A DNA stretch of 64,000 nucleotides from contig CAVSQP010000019.1 in NCBI GenBank assembly GCA_963730125.1, positions 94,826-158,825 of the forward strand. Direction: 5' to 3'. Positions 22,384 to 31,586 of the stretch are shown piece by piece. The number at the start of each line of letters is the position of its first letter. Within the stretch, counting starts at the first letter, position 1. The notes below the pieces were generated by a model, which ran no database searches, was not told where the DNA came from, and saw nothing but the letters and a program-made list of their open reading frames with translations. The translations under genes and the position numbers were made by a program. This DNA comes from Vulcanimicrobiota bacterium (GTDB taxonomy: Bacteria; Vulcanimicrobiota; Vulcanimicrobiia; Vulcanimicrobiales; Vulcanimicrobiaceae).

Positions 22384-23561
22384 CGCGCCGCTTCCGCGCC
22401 GGCAGTCAGAGCCTCGAAGGGTTCGGGGTAGGCGCCCCCGCGAAGCCGCGCCAACAGCCAAGCGGCAATTCGCTCGGCCGCCCGCCCATCACCGTAGGGA
22501 TTGACCGCCTGCGCCATCCGCGCGTACGTTCTCGAGTCCTCGAGAAGGCGTCGTGCCGACGCGACGATCCGCTCGCGCCGGTGTCCGATTAGCTCGAGCG
22601 TACCGGCAAGCAGACCTTCGGGCCGCTCCGTCTCGTCCCGCATCACCAGCACCGGCTTGCCGATACAGGGCGCCTCCTCCTGAAGACCGCCGGAGTCGGT
22701 CAAAATGAAGCGGCTGGCGCGGACTGCCGCTACCATTTCCGCATAGTCGATCGGATCGACCAAGATCACGCCGGGAACTCCGGTCAAGACCTCGCGGGCG
22801 ACCGGCGCAACGCGCGGCGACGGATGCACCGGCCAGTAAAGCTGGGGCGCTTGCGGGAGCATCGCGATGTCGCGCAACGCCTCAGCGATGTCGCGCATGT
22901 GCGGGTGGTTTTCGCGGCGGTGAGCGGTGACCAAAATTGTCGGCCGGTTTGGATCGATCTCTTCCCAGCGCGGCGGAAGAGGCAGGTCGTCGCGCCTCGC
23001 CGCCTCGGCGAATGCGTCGATGACGGTGTTCCCGGTGACGAACACGTCATCGGCGGGGACGTTTTCCAGCAGCAAGTGCTCGCGCGCGAGCGAGGTCGGC
23101 GCAAAGTGGAACGATGCGATCGTGCCGGTTATTCTCCGGTTCATCTCTTCGGGATACGGCAGCCACGGATTGCGCGTCCGAAGGCCGGCCTCGACATGGC
23201 CGACCGGAACGCCGGCATAAAATGAGGCGAGCGCGGCCGCCGAGCTCGTCGTCGTATCGCCGTGCACCAGCACGACCTCCGGCTTCGCTTCGGCCAGCGC
23301 GCCTTCCATGCGCGTCAGCACGCGCGTCGTTATCTCGGTAAGCGTCTGATCGTCGGTCATGATGTCGAGATCGTAATCGGGCGTGATGCCGAAGAGCACC
23401 AAAAGGTCGTCGAGCATCTTGCGATGCTGCGCCGTGACGCAGACGCGATGGTCGATCGCCTCGTGCCGTCCCAGCGCGTGCACGACGGGCGCCATCTTGA
23501 TCGTGTCGGGGCGCGTTCCAAAGACGCTGAGAACGCGAAGCTTGTCGGGGGTAGCGGGCAT
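22380..23561 (-). CDS. wecB: UDP-N-acetylglucosamine 2-epimerase (non-hydrolysing)
   Basis: Starts at the internal ATG 23561 (MPATPDKLRVLSVFGTRPDTIKMAPV). Also HGDTTT and TDSGGLQEEAP. Confidence 0.93.
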   Translation of the reverse strand: MPATPDKLRVLSVFGTRPDTIKMAPVVHALGRHEAIDHRVCVTAQHRKMLDDLLVLFGITPDYDLDIMTDDQTLTEITTRVLTRMEGALAEAKPEVVLVHGDTTTSSAAALASFYAGVPVGHVEAGLRTRNPWLPYPEEMNRRITGTIASFHFAPTSLAREHLLLENVPADDVFVTGNTVIDAFAEAARRDDLPLPPRWEEIDPNRPTILVTAHRRENHPHMRDIAEALRDIAMLPQAPQLYWPVHPSPRVAPVAREVLTGVPGVILVDPIDYAEMVAAVRASRFILTDSGGLQEEAPCIGKPVLVMRDETERPEGLLAGTLELIGHRRERIVASARRLLEDSRTYARMAQAVNPYGDGRAAERIAAWLLARLRGGAYPEPFEALTAGAEAAR

Positions 23562-23568
23562 GCGGCTC

Positions 23569-24615
23569 CTATGCGTGACGGAATACGTGCGTGAACTGAC
23601 CGGAAAACGCCAGTGCGACCGCACCGAGGACAAAACAGACCGCGTAGAGCAGCAGCACGGCCTGGCGTACGTTGAGCCCAAAGCGGAAGATCAGCTGATG
23701 ATGAAAGTGACCGCGGTCGGCTTCGGTGATGCGCTTTCCCGTGCTCGCGCGGCGAACTATTGCGGCCGCCGTATCGAGCACCGGAAGCGCCAGAACCAAC
23801 AGGGGGACCACGATGCTGATCGCGATCGCAGTCTTGCTCGCGCCGATGATCGAGACGGTCGCAAAGACGTAACCGATGAAGAGCGACCCGGCGTCGCCCA
23901 AAATGATGCGGGCCGGATTAAAATTGTAAGGAAGAAAGCCGAGCGCAGCGCCGGCCAGCGCAATAACTACGAGCGCGACGACCGGGCTGCCGTGCAACGC
24001 CGAGATAACGAAGAGAAACACGCTCGAGATCGCGGCGACGCCGGCGAGCAACCCGTCGAGCCCGTCGAGGAAGTTTATCGCGTTCATCATCCCGACATAC
24101 CAGAGCAGCGTCAGCGGCACGCCGAGCCAAAGCGGAAAGTCGATCCAGTTCGTGCCCGCGTTGCGGTCGAAGGGATTGTTGATGCCGGGGATCACGAAGC
24201 CGTAAAACATTGAAATCAGCGCAACCACGATCTGCGCGATCAGTTTATTGCGCGGACGCATCTGCATTACGTCGTCCCAAATGCCGACGCCCAGAATCAG
24301 CAAGCTGCCGAACAGCAGGCCAACGAGCTTATGTACCGCATCGAACTGTTCCGCCGCCGGTACCAGTGCCAAGGGCGGTGCCAGCGATACGCCGAGCACG
24401 GAAAAGAGCGCAAAGGCAAAACCGAAGAAGACTGCGATCCCGCCGATGCGCGGCTTGGGAAGCACGTGCATGCGGCGATCTTCGCCGCCGTTGTCGACGA
24501 TGCCGAGACGCAGCGCGAGGCGCACGATCAGCGGCGTGCCCAGCGCGCTCACCGCGACGGCGATCACGAATGCTGCGGCATACACCGCGCCCGCCGTCGG
24601 CGAGAAGGGGATCAC
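23569..24615 (-). CDS. wecA: Undecaprenyl-phosphate GlcNAc-1-phosphate transferase (WecA/TagO, MraY-like GT4)
   Basis: 348 aa, polytopic. GIWDDV, NAINFLDGLDGL and GDAGSLFIGY motifs. Confidence 0.9.
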   Translation of the reverse strand: MIPFSPTAGAVYAAAFVIAVAVSALGTPLIVRLALRLGIVDNGGEDRRMHVLPKPRIGGIAVFFGFAFALFSVLGVSLAPPLALVPAAEQFDAVHKLVGLLFGSLLILGVGIWDDVMQMRPRNKLIAQIVVALISMFYGFVIPGINNPFDRNAGTNWIDFPLWLGVPLTLLWYVGMMNAINFLDGLDGLLAGVAAISSVFLFVISALHGSPVVALVVIALAGAALGFLPYNFNPARIILGDAGSLFIGYVFATVSIIGASKTAIAISIVVPLLVLALPVLDTAAAIVRRASTGKRITEADRGHFHHQLIFRFGLNVRQAVLLLYAVCFVLGAVALAFSGQFTHVFRHA

Positions 24616-25049
24616 CCGCGCGAACCCTCCAGCGTCGAGTACTGGACCAGCGCGACGCCGGCTTCGGCCAGCAGCTGGGCGGCAACCACATCGGGATACG
24701 CCTCGTCGTAGACGATCTTGGTCACGCCCGCGCTGATGAGCAGCTTCGAGCAGTTAACGCACGGCTGGTGGGTACAGTAAGCGACGGCGCGATGGAGGCT
24801 CACTCCGTGGAGCGCCCCTTGGACGACGGCGTTGGCCTCGGCGTGGGTGGCACGAAGGCAATGTTCGTTAACCAGCGTGCAGCCGACCTCGGTGCAGTGC
24901 GCAACGCCGCGCGGTGCTCCGTTATAACCTGTCGTGAGAATGCGATGTTCGCGCATCAGAACGCAGCCGACGGAGGCGCGCGGGCACGTCGCGCGCGTGC
25001 TCACGGTATGCGCGATCTGCATGAAGTACTCGTCCCAACCCGGGCGCAC
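24612..25049 (-). CDS. dCMP deaminase (ComEB-like cytidine/deoxycytidylate deaminase)
   Basis: 145 aa. Zinc motifs HAEANA and PCVNCSKLL, and an N-terminal WDEYFM. Confidence 0.9.
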   Translation of the reverse strand: MRPGWDEYFMQIAHTVSTRATCPRASVGCVLMREHRILTTGYNGAPRGVAHCTEVGCTLVNEHCLRATHAEANAVVQGALHGVSLHRAVAYCTHQPCVNCSKLLISAGVTKIVYDEAYPDVVAAQLLAEAGVALVQYSTLEGSRG

Positions 25050-25067
25050 GGTTATTCTCGCAACCCT

Positions 25068-26315
25068 TTAGGGGACGTCGTAGCGCGAGGTCAGCTCGCG
25101 GACGCGTCCGCGCAGCCGATCGGTCTGTGCGCGCTCCTCGATGTCGTCGAAAGCGGCGCAGATAATGCGCGCGATCTCGCGGCAAGCATCTTCGCCCATG
25201 CCGCGCGAGGTTATCGCCGGCGTGCCGATGCGTATGCCGCTTGCCACCATCGGCTTCTGCTGATCGAATGGAATCGCGTTCTTGTTGACGGTGATGCCGA
25301 CTTCGTCGAGGTAAGCCTCGACGGCCTTACCGGTCAGCCCTTTGACCGAGACGTCGACCAGCATCAGATGCGTGTCGGTGCCGCCGGCGACGAGCCGCAG
25401 TCCGGCACGCGAAAACTCCTCGGCCATCGCCCGCGCGTTTTCTACGACCTGACGTTGATACTCGCGAAACTCCGGGCGCAGCGCTTCGCCGAACGCGACC
25501 GCTTTGGCGGCAATGGTGTGCATCAGCGGGCCGCCTTGGATACCGGGGAAGACCATCTTGTCGACCGGCGTTCCCCACTTCTCGGTGGAGAGAATGAAGC
25601 CGCCGCGCGGACCGCGCAGCGTCTTGTGCGTGGTCGAGGTGACGAAGTCGGCGAGCGCAACCGGCGAGGGATGCAGATCGGCGGCAACGAGTCCCGCGAC
25701 GTGCGCGAAATCGACCAGCAACGCCGCACCGACCTCGTCGGCGATGGCGCGAAACGGTTCGTACTCCATGATGCGCGGATAGGCGCTGGCGCCGGCGACG
25801 ATCAGCTTGGGCCGGTGCTCCAGCGCCAGCGCGCGCACTTCGTCGAAGTCGATGAGCTCGGTGTCGCGCTTTACGCCGTAAGCGACGGCGTTGTAGAGTT
25901 TGCCCGAGAAACTGACCTTCGTCCCGTGCGTCAGGTGGCCGCCATGCGCGAGCGACATACCGAGCACCGTTTCGCCGGGCTGCAAGACGGCCATGAAGAC
26001 GGCCATGTTGGCCTGCGCGCCGGAATGCGGCTGCACGTTGGCGCGATCCGCGCCGAAGATCTGCTTGAGGCGCTCGAGCGCGAGCAGCTCGGCCCGGTCG
26101 ACCCATTCGCAGCCGCCGTAGTACCGCTTTCCGGGATAGCCCTCGGCGTATTTGTTGGTCATCACGCACGCCATCGCTTCGCGAACCGCGCGGCTGGCGT
26201 AGTTTTCCGAAGCGATCAGCTCGAGGTTCTCGCGCTGGCGCAACTCCTCGCCGGCGATCGCCGCATAGAGTTCGGGATCTTGCGCCTCGACGCGCGTGGT
26301 TTGCAGAATATCCAT
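25068..26315 (-). CDS. glyA: Serine hydroxymethyltransferase
   Basis: Starts at the internal ATG 26315 ([17 protein letters not shown]). [11 protein letters not shown] and the PLP-lysine motif [12 protein letters not shown]. Confidence 0.97.
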   Translation of the reverse strand: MDILQTTRVEAQDPELYAAIAGEELRQRENLELIASENYASRAVREAMACVMTNKYAEGYPGKRYYGGCEWVDRAELLALERLKQIFGADRANVQPHSGAQANMAVFMAVLQPGETVLGMSLAHGGHLTHGTKVSFSGKLYNAVAYGVKRDTELIDFDEVRALALEHRPKLIVAGASAYPRIMEYEPFRAIADEVGAALLVDFAHVAGLVAADLHPSPVALADFVTSTTHKTLRGPRGGFILSTEKWGTPVDKMVFPGIQGGPLMHTIAAKAVAFGEALRPEFREYQRQVVENARAMAEEFSRAGLRLVAGGTDTHLMLVDVSVKGLTGKAVEAYLDEVGITVNKNAIPFDQQKPMVASGIRIGTPAITSRGMGEDACREIARIICAAFDDIEERAQTDRLRGRVRELTSRYDVP

Positions 26316-26322
26316 GCCTACG

Positions 26323-26859
26323 TCACTCTCCCGACGCCGTTGCTTCGCGCACGATCGCCGGTGGTGTCTGCGCATCGGTCACGGCGCCCCGTTCCAGGTC
26401 GCGCAACGTTCGCGCTCGCTGCGCGTCGCCGAACTCGAAGAGCTGCTCGGTGCGGTGCGCGTGCCGGCCGCCGTCGAACGGCGTCTCCAAAAAGATGTCG
26501 AGCATTCGTTCGATCATCTCCCAGCCGGTCAACCGCTCGGAGAAGGCAATAACGTTGGTGTCGTTGTGACGCCGCGCCAGCTCCGCGGAATAGGGCTCGG
26601 CGACCGGCGCGCAACGAATGCCGGGAACCTTGTTGGCGGCCATCGCGATGCCCAAGCTCGAACCACAAACGACGATGCCGCGTTCGGCCTGCCCGCTGGC
26701 GACGGCCTCGCCTACGGCATAACCGTACTGCGGATAATCGACCGGCGTCGAATCGTGCGTCCCAAAATCGAGCACGTCGTGTCCGCGCCGGCGCAAAATC
26801 TCTGCGATGCGGTCTTTGTAATCGTAGCCTGCGTGGTCGGCGCCAACGGCAATTCTCAT
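26323..26859 (-). CDS. rpiB: Ribose-5-phosphate isomerase B
   Basis: [15 protein letters not shown]… and [20 protein letters not shown]. Confidence 0.92.
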   Translation of the reverse strand: MRIAVGADHAGYDYKDRIAEILRRRGHDVLDFGTHDSTPVDYPQYGYAVGEAVASGQAERGIVVCGSSLGIAMAANKVPGIRCAPVAEPYSAELARRHNDTNVIAFSERLTGWEMIERMLDIFLETPFDGGRHAHRTEQLFEFGDAQRARTLRDLERGAVTDAQTPPAIVREATASGE

Positions 26860-26919
26860 GGTCTCTCGGATATCAAAGGCGAGGGTGGGCTAGGACGGGC
26901 GGTCGAACGTCCGACGCCG

Positions 26920-27633
26920 ATGAAGCTGGCCTGCGCGAGCGGTCTGCTCCACCGCGCGATCGAGCACGGGGAGCTCACGCAGCTCGAGTTCCTCGACCTG
27001 TGCGCGCGCGAGTTTGCTTGCGATGGCGTCGTCTTGGACGTTCGGCACTTTCCGCGGACCGACGACGACTACCTCGCACAGGTCAAGAAGATGGCGACCG
27101 ACCGCGGGCTTTGCCTGGCAGCCCTCGCCGACGCTGCCTTCTTTCTATCGGACGGCGAGCACATGCGATCGATCCTAGAGCGAGCGATTTCATTGGGTGC
27201 GCCTTTGGTCGCGGCACCACTGGCACGCGAAACGGATTGTTCGTGGAGCGATCAGCTCGAACGGCTGGGTGTCGCGACTGGTCTCGCCAAGACCGCGAAC
27301 GTGACGCTCGCGTTGCGCAACGCGCCGGCGACTTTTGCGGCCGGTACGCACGATTGCAAACGCGTTGCCAAAGAGGCCGACTCCGCATGGCTACGCTACG
27401 GCCCCGAGCCGGGGCGATTCGACGCCGCCAGCGACCCGGCGGCGCTTCGCACCGGTACGGTTTTGCTATGGAGCGATGCCGGCGCCGATACCGAGCGCTC
27501 GATCGCGAGGACTACGGCGGCATTCGACGATTTTCGCGGACATCTCGCACTGGACGATCGCAGCGGCGAGGCAAGCGTAGAGGGGATCGTGAGTGCCATG
27601 CGCGCGTGGCGCGCAGCGCTCGACCGCAGATAG
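26920..27633 (+). CDS. Xylose-isomerase-like TIM-barrel protein (sugar phosphate isomerase/epimerase family)
   Basis: Internal ATG at 26920 (MKLACASG…) of ORF 26296..27633. The upstream part of that ORF is antisense to glyA/rpiB. The alternating beta/alpha pattern and length (237 aa) fit the family. The specific function is unknown. Confidence 0.55.
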   Translation: MKLACASGLLHRAIEHGELTQLEFLDLCAREFACDGVVLDVRHFPRTDDDYLAQVKKMATDRGLCLAALADAAFFLSDGEHMRSILERAISLGAPLVAAPLARETDCSWSDQLERLGVATGLAKTANVTLALRNAPATFAAGTHDCKRVAKEADSAWLRYGPEPGRFDAASDPAALRTGTVLLWSDAGADTERSIARTTAAFDDFRGHLALDDRSGEASVEGIVSAMRAWRAALDRR

Positions 27634-27886
27634 CGTCTGGTACACGCGGTACGAACCTGCATTCTCGCAGGTGGGTGCGGCCCGGGCGCCGTCCGGCAGG
27701 TATTTAACTCACCGATCCGTCGTTACCGGAGCTGATGCTCCCTAGGTCATATAAGTCGGCTCGGTACCAACATGCACTGCGCGCGGATCGCAGTCGAGCC
27801 CCTCTACCGTACCACTGCCGGTCAAGCGGCAACCCGAGCAGCCCGAGGAAGGCGTGCTGTCCGGTTGAATGCGATAGCGACTTACG

Positions 27887-28906
27887 ATGGAAAAGCTTTC
27901 GGTACACGTAACGCCGCTCGACCTCCCGCTCGTCCATCCCTTCAAGATCGCCCGGGGCGAAGAGCTCGTCGCAAGCACCGCGATCGTGCGCGTTCGGTGC
28001 GGCGACCGCGAAGGTATCGGCGAGGCGGCCCCGATCGAACGCTATGGCGAATCGGTCCAGAGCGTCGCCGCGTACTTCGCCTCGAACCAGCTAGCGTCGG
28101 ACGATCCGTATCATTTGGAGGCGCTCTTGCACGCCGGCATACCCGCTGCCGCGCGCGCGGGCCTCGATTTGGCGTTGCACGATCTCATCGGCAAGGATTT
28201 AAACAAACCACTTTATGCGCTGCTTGGTCTCGACCCGTCGCTCACGCCGGCGACGTCCTTTACGATCGGGATCGCCGATCCGCAGACGACGCTGCGCAAA
28301 GTCGCCGAAGTCGGCAATCATCCGATTCTCAAGGTCAAACTCGGAATAGGTTCGGCGTCGGAACAGGTCGAGACGATCGGCGCGATCCGCGGACGCTACA
28401 CCGGCGCGATACGAATCGACGCGAATGAAGGCTGGGACGTCGACGAAGCGATCGCGATTCTGCGGGCGCTGGAAGCCTTCGACGTCGAGTTCTGCGAACA
28501 ACCCATTCCAGCCGGCCATCCCGAGCGGCTGCGAGCCATCCGCGAAAAGGTTCGAATTCCCATCGTTACCGACGAAGACTCGCTGACGGCAGCCGACCTG
28601 CCGGCGCTCTACGGTTGCGTCGACGGCGTCAACGTCAAGCTGGCAAAGACCGGAGGAATTCGCGGTGCGGTCGCAATGATCAATACGGCGCGCGCGCTGG
28701 GTTTCAAAGTAATGATCGGCTGCATGGTCGAGAGTGCGATTGCCGCGACCGCCGCCGCACATCTCTCGCCATTGGCGGATTGGGCCGACATCGACGGACC
28801 GTTTCTCGTTTCGCACGATCCGTTCGCCGGCGTCACTTACGACAACGGAAAGCTCGTGCTGCCGGACGCGCCGGGACTGGGCGTGCGGGAAGTCGCGCCG
28901 GTATGA
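27887..28906 (+). CDS. Enolase-superfamily dipeptide epimerase / N-acyl amino acid racemase-like enzyme (MLE subgroup)
   Basis: 339 aa. Catalytic KxK (ILKVKLG), metal ligands IDANEGW / EQP / TDED, and a second Lys (VKLAKTGG). Confidence 0.85.
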   Translation: MEKLSVHVTPLDLPLVHPFKIARGEELVASTAIVRVRCGDREGIGEAAPIERYGESVQSVAAYFASNQLASDDPYHLEALLHAGIPAAARAGLDLALHDLIGKDLNKPLYALLGLDPSLTPATSFTIGIADPQTTLRKVAEVGNHPILKVKLGIGSASEQVETIGAIRGRYTGAIRIDANEGWDVDEAIAILRALEAFDVEFCEQPIPAGHPERLRAIREKVRIPIVTDEDSLTAADLPALYGCVDGVNVKLAKTGGIRGAVAMINTARALGFKVMIGCMVESAIAATAAAHLSPLADWADIDGPFLVSHDPFAGVTYDNGKLVLPDAPGLGVREVAPV

Positions 28907-29967
28907 GACGCTATGTCATCCTCGCGCCGGACCGCTTCGTCGAGGATGCGAAGACCGCTCACGGCGTAATTCGTTACGGAACCGACGAAATCGTCGCCGT
29001 CGTCGATCCGTCCGCGGCGGGGCGTCGCGTTCGCGACGTCGTCGCGCATCTCGATAGCGATGCGCCGGTGGTCGCCAGCGTCGGCGAAGCGCTGGCCTTT
29101 TCGCCGACTGCGTTGCTGATCGGGACGGCACCGAAGGGCGGCGGATTGCCGCCGGCCTGGCGCGCGGCCGTTTTGGAAGCGATAGCCGCGAAACTCGAGA
29201 TCGTTAGCGGCTTGCACGAAATACTCGCGAACGATCGGCAGTTTCGCAGGGCGGCCGGCGCCGCCGGAACGACCATTTGGGACGTGCGCGAGCCTCCCGA
29301 GGTACCGCTTTTCTCCGGCGACGCCTACGACGTCAGCGCGCCGATTCTCCTGACCGTCGGCAACGACTGCGCGGTCGGCAAGATGAGCGTTTCGCTCGAG
29401 CTCGTCGCCGCCGCATGCGATGCGGGAACGCGCGCGCGTTTCGTTCCAACCGGCCAAACCGGAATTCTCATCGCCGGTTGGGGCATTTCCGTCGACCGCG
29501 TAATTGCCGACTTCGCACCGGGAGCGGCGGAGCAACTCGTTCTCTACGCGGCGCACGAAGGCGCGGAGTTGATCGTGGTCGAGGGTCAAGGCGCGATCAA
29601 TCATCCGGCATACGCGCCCGTGACGCTGGCGTTGATGACCGGATGCGCGCCGGATGGATTGATCTTGGTCTGCGATCCGCAGCGTGAAACGATCGAATCT
29701 TATCCGACACCGATCCTCGATTACGCCGAGTTGATCGCGCTGCATGAGGCTCTTCTCGCTAGCGTCAAGCCGGCGCCGGTAATCGGCATCGCGCTCAATA
29801 CTCGCGGGATGTCCGACGCGCAGGCGCGCGAGGCAATCGAGCACGCGCGCAGCGAGACCGGGCTGCCGGCCGACGACGTCGTCCGCTTCGGTGGCGCGCG
29901 CCTCTATAGCGAGATCCGTCCGCACATCGTCAAACGGGCTCCGCGAACGCGCAGCACGCCGGCGTGA
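28903..29967 (+). CDS. DUF1611-family protein (DgcN-like putative D-Glu N-acetyltransferase)
   Basis: The ATG at 28903 overlaps the upstream stop (ATGA). Family-typical blocks: AHGVIRYG…IVAVVD, GTAPKGGGLP, IVSGLHE, DVREPP, VGNDCAVGKM, PTGQTGILIAG, VEGQGAINHPAY. Confidence 0.8.
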   Translation: MRRYVILAPDRFVEDAKTAHGVIRYGTDEIVAVVDPSAAGRRVRDVVAHLDSDAPVVASVGEALAFSPTALLIGTAPKGGGLPPAWRAAVLEAIAAKLEIVSGLHEILANDRQFRRAAGAAGTTIWDVREPPEVPLFSGDAYDVSAPILLTVGNDCAVGKMSVSLELVAAACDAGTRARFVPTGQTGILIAGWGISVDRVIADFAPGAAEQLVLYAAHEGAELIVVEGQGAINHPAYAPVTLALMTGCAPDGLILVCDPQRETIESYPTPILDYAELIALHEALLASVKPAPVIGIALNTRGMSDAQAREAIEHARSETGLPADDVVRFGGARLYSEIRPHIVKRAPRTRSTPA

Positions 29968-31586
29968 CGGCGCATCGCTTCGGCGCCGCGCTGCTCTGCG
30001 CAGTTGCGCTCTTCGGCTGCTCGCGCCCAGCCCAGCCGGCGCGCGGCGGGCTTCACAACGCGTGGACGGTACCGGGCGTGCTGCGGCTGGGCGAAGACGA
30101 AGAGCCCGACGGCCTCAATTTGATGTACGCCCACACGGCGGCCGCCGATACGATCGCCGGCATGCTCTTCTCGTTTATCCTGCGCTACGACGCGCGCGGG
30201 AATTACGTGCCCGATCTCGCCACGGAAGTACCGACGCCAAGCAACGGCGGCATCAGCGCGGACGGTAAGCGCATCGTCGTGCACTTGCGCCGCGACGCCG
30301 TCTGGGCCGACGGTGCGCCGTTGACCGCGGCCGATTGGCTCTTCACCTATCGCGCGGTGATGAATCCGGCAAACTCCGTCAAGACGCGCTACGGCTGGGA
30401 CCAGATCGCGAACGTATCGGCGCCCGACCCGCATACGATCGTCATCCGCCTGCGCCGCCCCAACGTCGCGGTGCTCGGCATCTTAGGGATGGGCGGCGCG
30501 GCGTATCCCCCGCTCCCGGCCCATCTTCTGGCGCGCCTGCCGGATCTCAATAGATCGGAATTCAATCAGCAGCCGCTCTCGAGCGGCCCGTATCTGCTCA
30601 AAGCGTGGAACCACGGAAGCTCGCTCGTCTTCGTTCCAAATCCGCGTTACTTCCGCGGGCCGCCGAAACTCAAAGAGGTCGTCTGGAAGGTCATCCCCGA
30701 CGTCAACACGCTCTTCAACCAACTCGCGACGCATGAGGTCGACGTTTATCCCAACGTCAACGAAAACTCGATCGGCCGGCTTTCGGATATCTCGGGAATC
30801 CGAGTCGCTCGCAACCTAATCGCCAGCTGGCGTCACCTCGGTATCAATATGAGCCGGCCGCAGCTTGCCGACGTGCGCGTGCGCCGCGCCATTGCCGAGG
30901 CCGTCGATTGGAAGCGGCTCAACGACACCATCTACCATGGCATCGACCGGCAGGCCGTCTCCGACATCTTCCCCGAATCTTGGGCCGCGCCGCACCTTCC
31001 ACCGTACCGCTACGACGTCGGCGATGCGAAGAGACTGCTCGCCGATGCCGGATGGCGCGCCGGTTCCGACGGCGTTCTCCATAAAGGCGCGCTGGCAATG
31101 CATCTTTCCATTTACGCGACGACCGGACATCAAGAGAACACCGAATCCCAAGTCCTGATCCAGTCGATGTTGCGGGAGATCGGCATCGACGTCTCCGTGC
31201 GAAACTATCCGGGCAGCTATCTCTTTGCCGGCGACGGGCCGCTCTACACCGGAAAATACGATCTCGAATGGTCGATCGAGACCAACGGTCCCGATCCGGA
31301 TAACTCCGGCAGCTGGAACGGTGCCTTCATCCCGCCGCGTGGAGCGAACACGTCGTGGCTCGACGACCCGATCGTCAATCAAACCAGCGAGGCTGCGGCG
31401 AGCACGTTCGATCAGGCAACGCGCAAAGCACTCTATCAGCGCGAGGAAGAACGCTTGCGCGAGCTCGTCCCTGCCGTCTTCTTCAGTTGGCGCGCCAACG
31501 TGACCGCGATCAACGCAGACGTGCGCAACTACGTGCCCGCAGCCTTTATCGGCGACAGCTGGAACGCATGGCAGTGGACCATCTAA
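29964..31586 (+). CDS. ABC-transporter substrate-binding lipoprotein, family 5 (peptide/nickel, DppA/OppA-like)
   Basis: 540 aa. Lipobox LFGC, then the SBP_bac_5 pattern (…DLATEVPTPSNGGISADGKRIVVHLRRDAVWADG…). The GTGA start overlaps the stop of the DUF1611 gene. No permease or ATPase genes are adjacent. Confidence 0.85.
   Translation: MTAHRFGAALLCAVALFGCSRPAQPARGGLHNAWTVPGVLRLGEDEEPDGLNLMYAHTAAADTIAGMLFSFILRYDARGNYVPDLATEVPTPSNGGISADGKRIVVHLRRDAVWADGAPLTAADWLFTYRAVMNPANSVKTRYGWDQIANVSAPDPHTIVIRLRRPNVAVLGILGMGGAAYPPLPAHLLARLPDLNRSEFNQQPLSSGPYLLKAWNHGSSLVFVPNPRYFRGPPKLKEVVWKVIPDVNTLFNQLATHEVDVYPNVNENSIGRLSDISGIRVARNLIASWRHLGINMSRPQLADVRVRRAIAEAVDWKRLNDTIYHGIDRQAVSDIFPESWAAPHLPPYRYDVGDAKRLLADAGWRAGSDGVLHKGALAMHLSIYATTGHQENTESQVLIQSMLREIGIDVSVRNYPGSYLFAGDGPLYTGKYDLEWSIETNGPDPDNSGSWNGAFIPPRGANTSWLDDPIVNQTSEAAASTFDQATRKALYQREEERLRELVPAVFFSWRANVTAINADVRNYVPAAFIGDSWNAWQWTI

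Noticed and set aside
24210-26552. 780-aa ORF on the + strand spanning the wecA/dCMP-deaminase/glyA region
   Set aside because: It is entirely antisense to three well-supported minus-strand genes. Its translation is Arg/Ala-rich low-complexity sequence with no motifs. This is the typical stop-poor shadow ORF of GC-rich DNA.
27634-27886. tRNA, SRP RNA or RNase P RNA in the long spacer
   Set aside because: There are superficial matches (GGTTCGTACC, GAGGAAGG, a trailing ACCA on the minus strand). No cloverleaf can be drawn, and there is no SRP domain IV or P4 consensus.
28545-28570. T-loop-like GGTTCGAATTCC string
   Set aside because: It lies inside the epimerase coding sequence with no flanking acceptor, D or anticodon stems. 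It is a chance occurrence.
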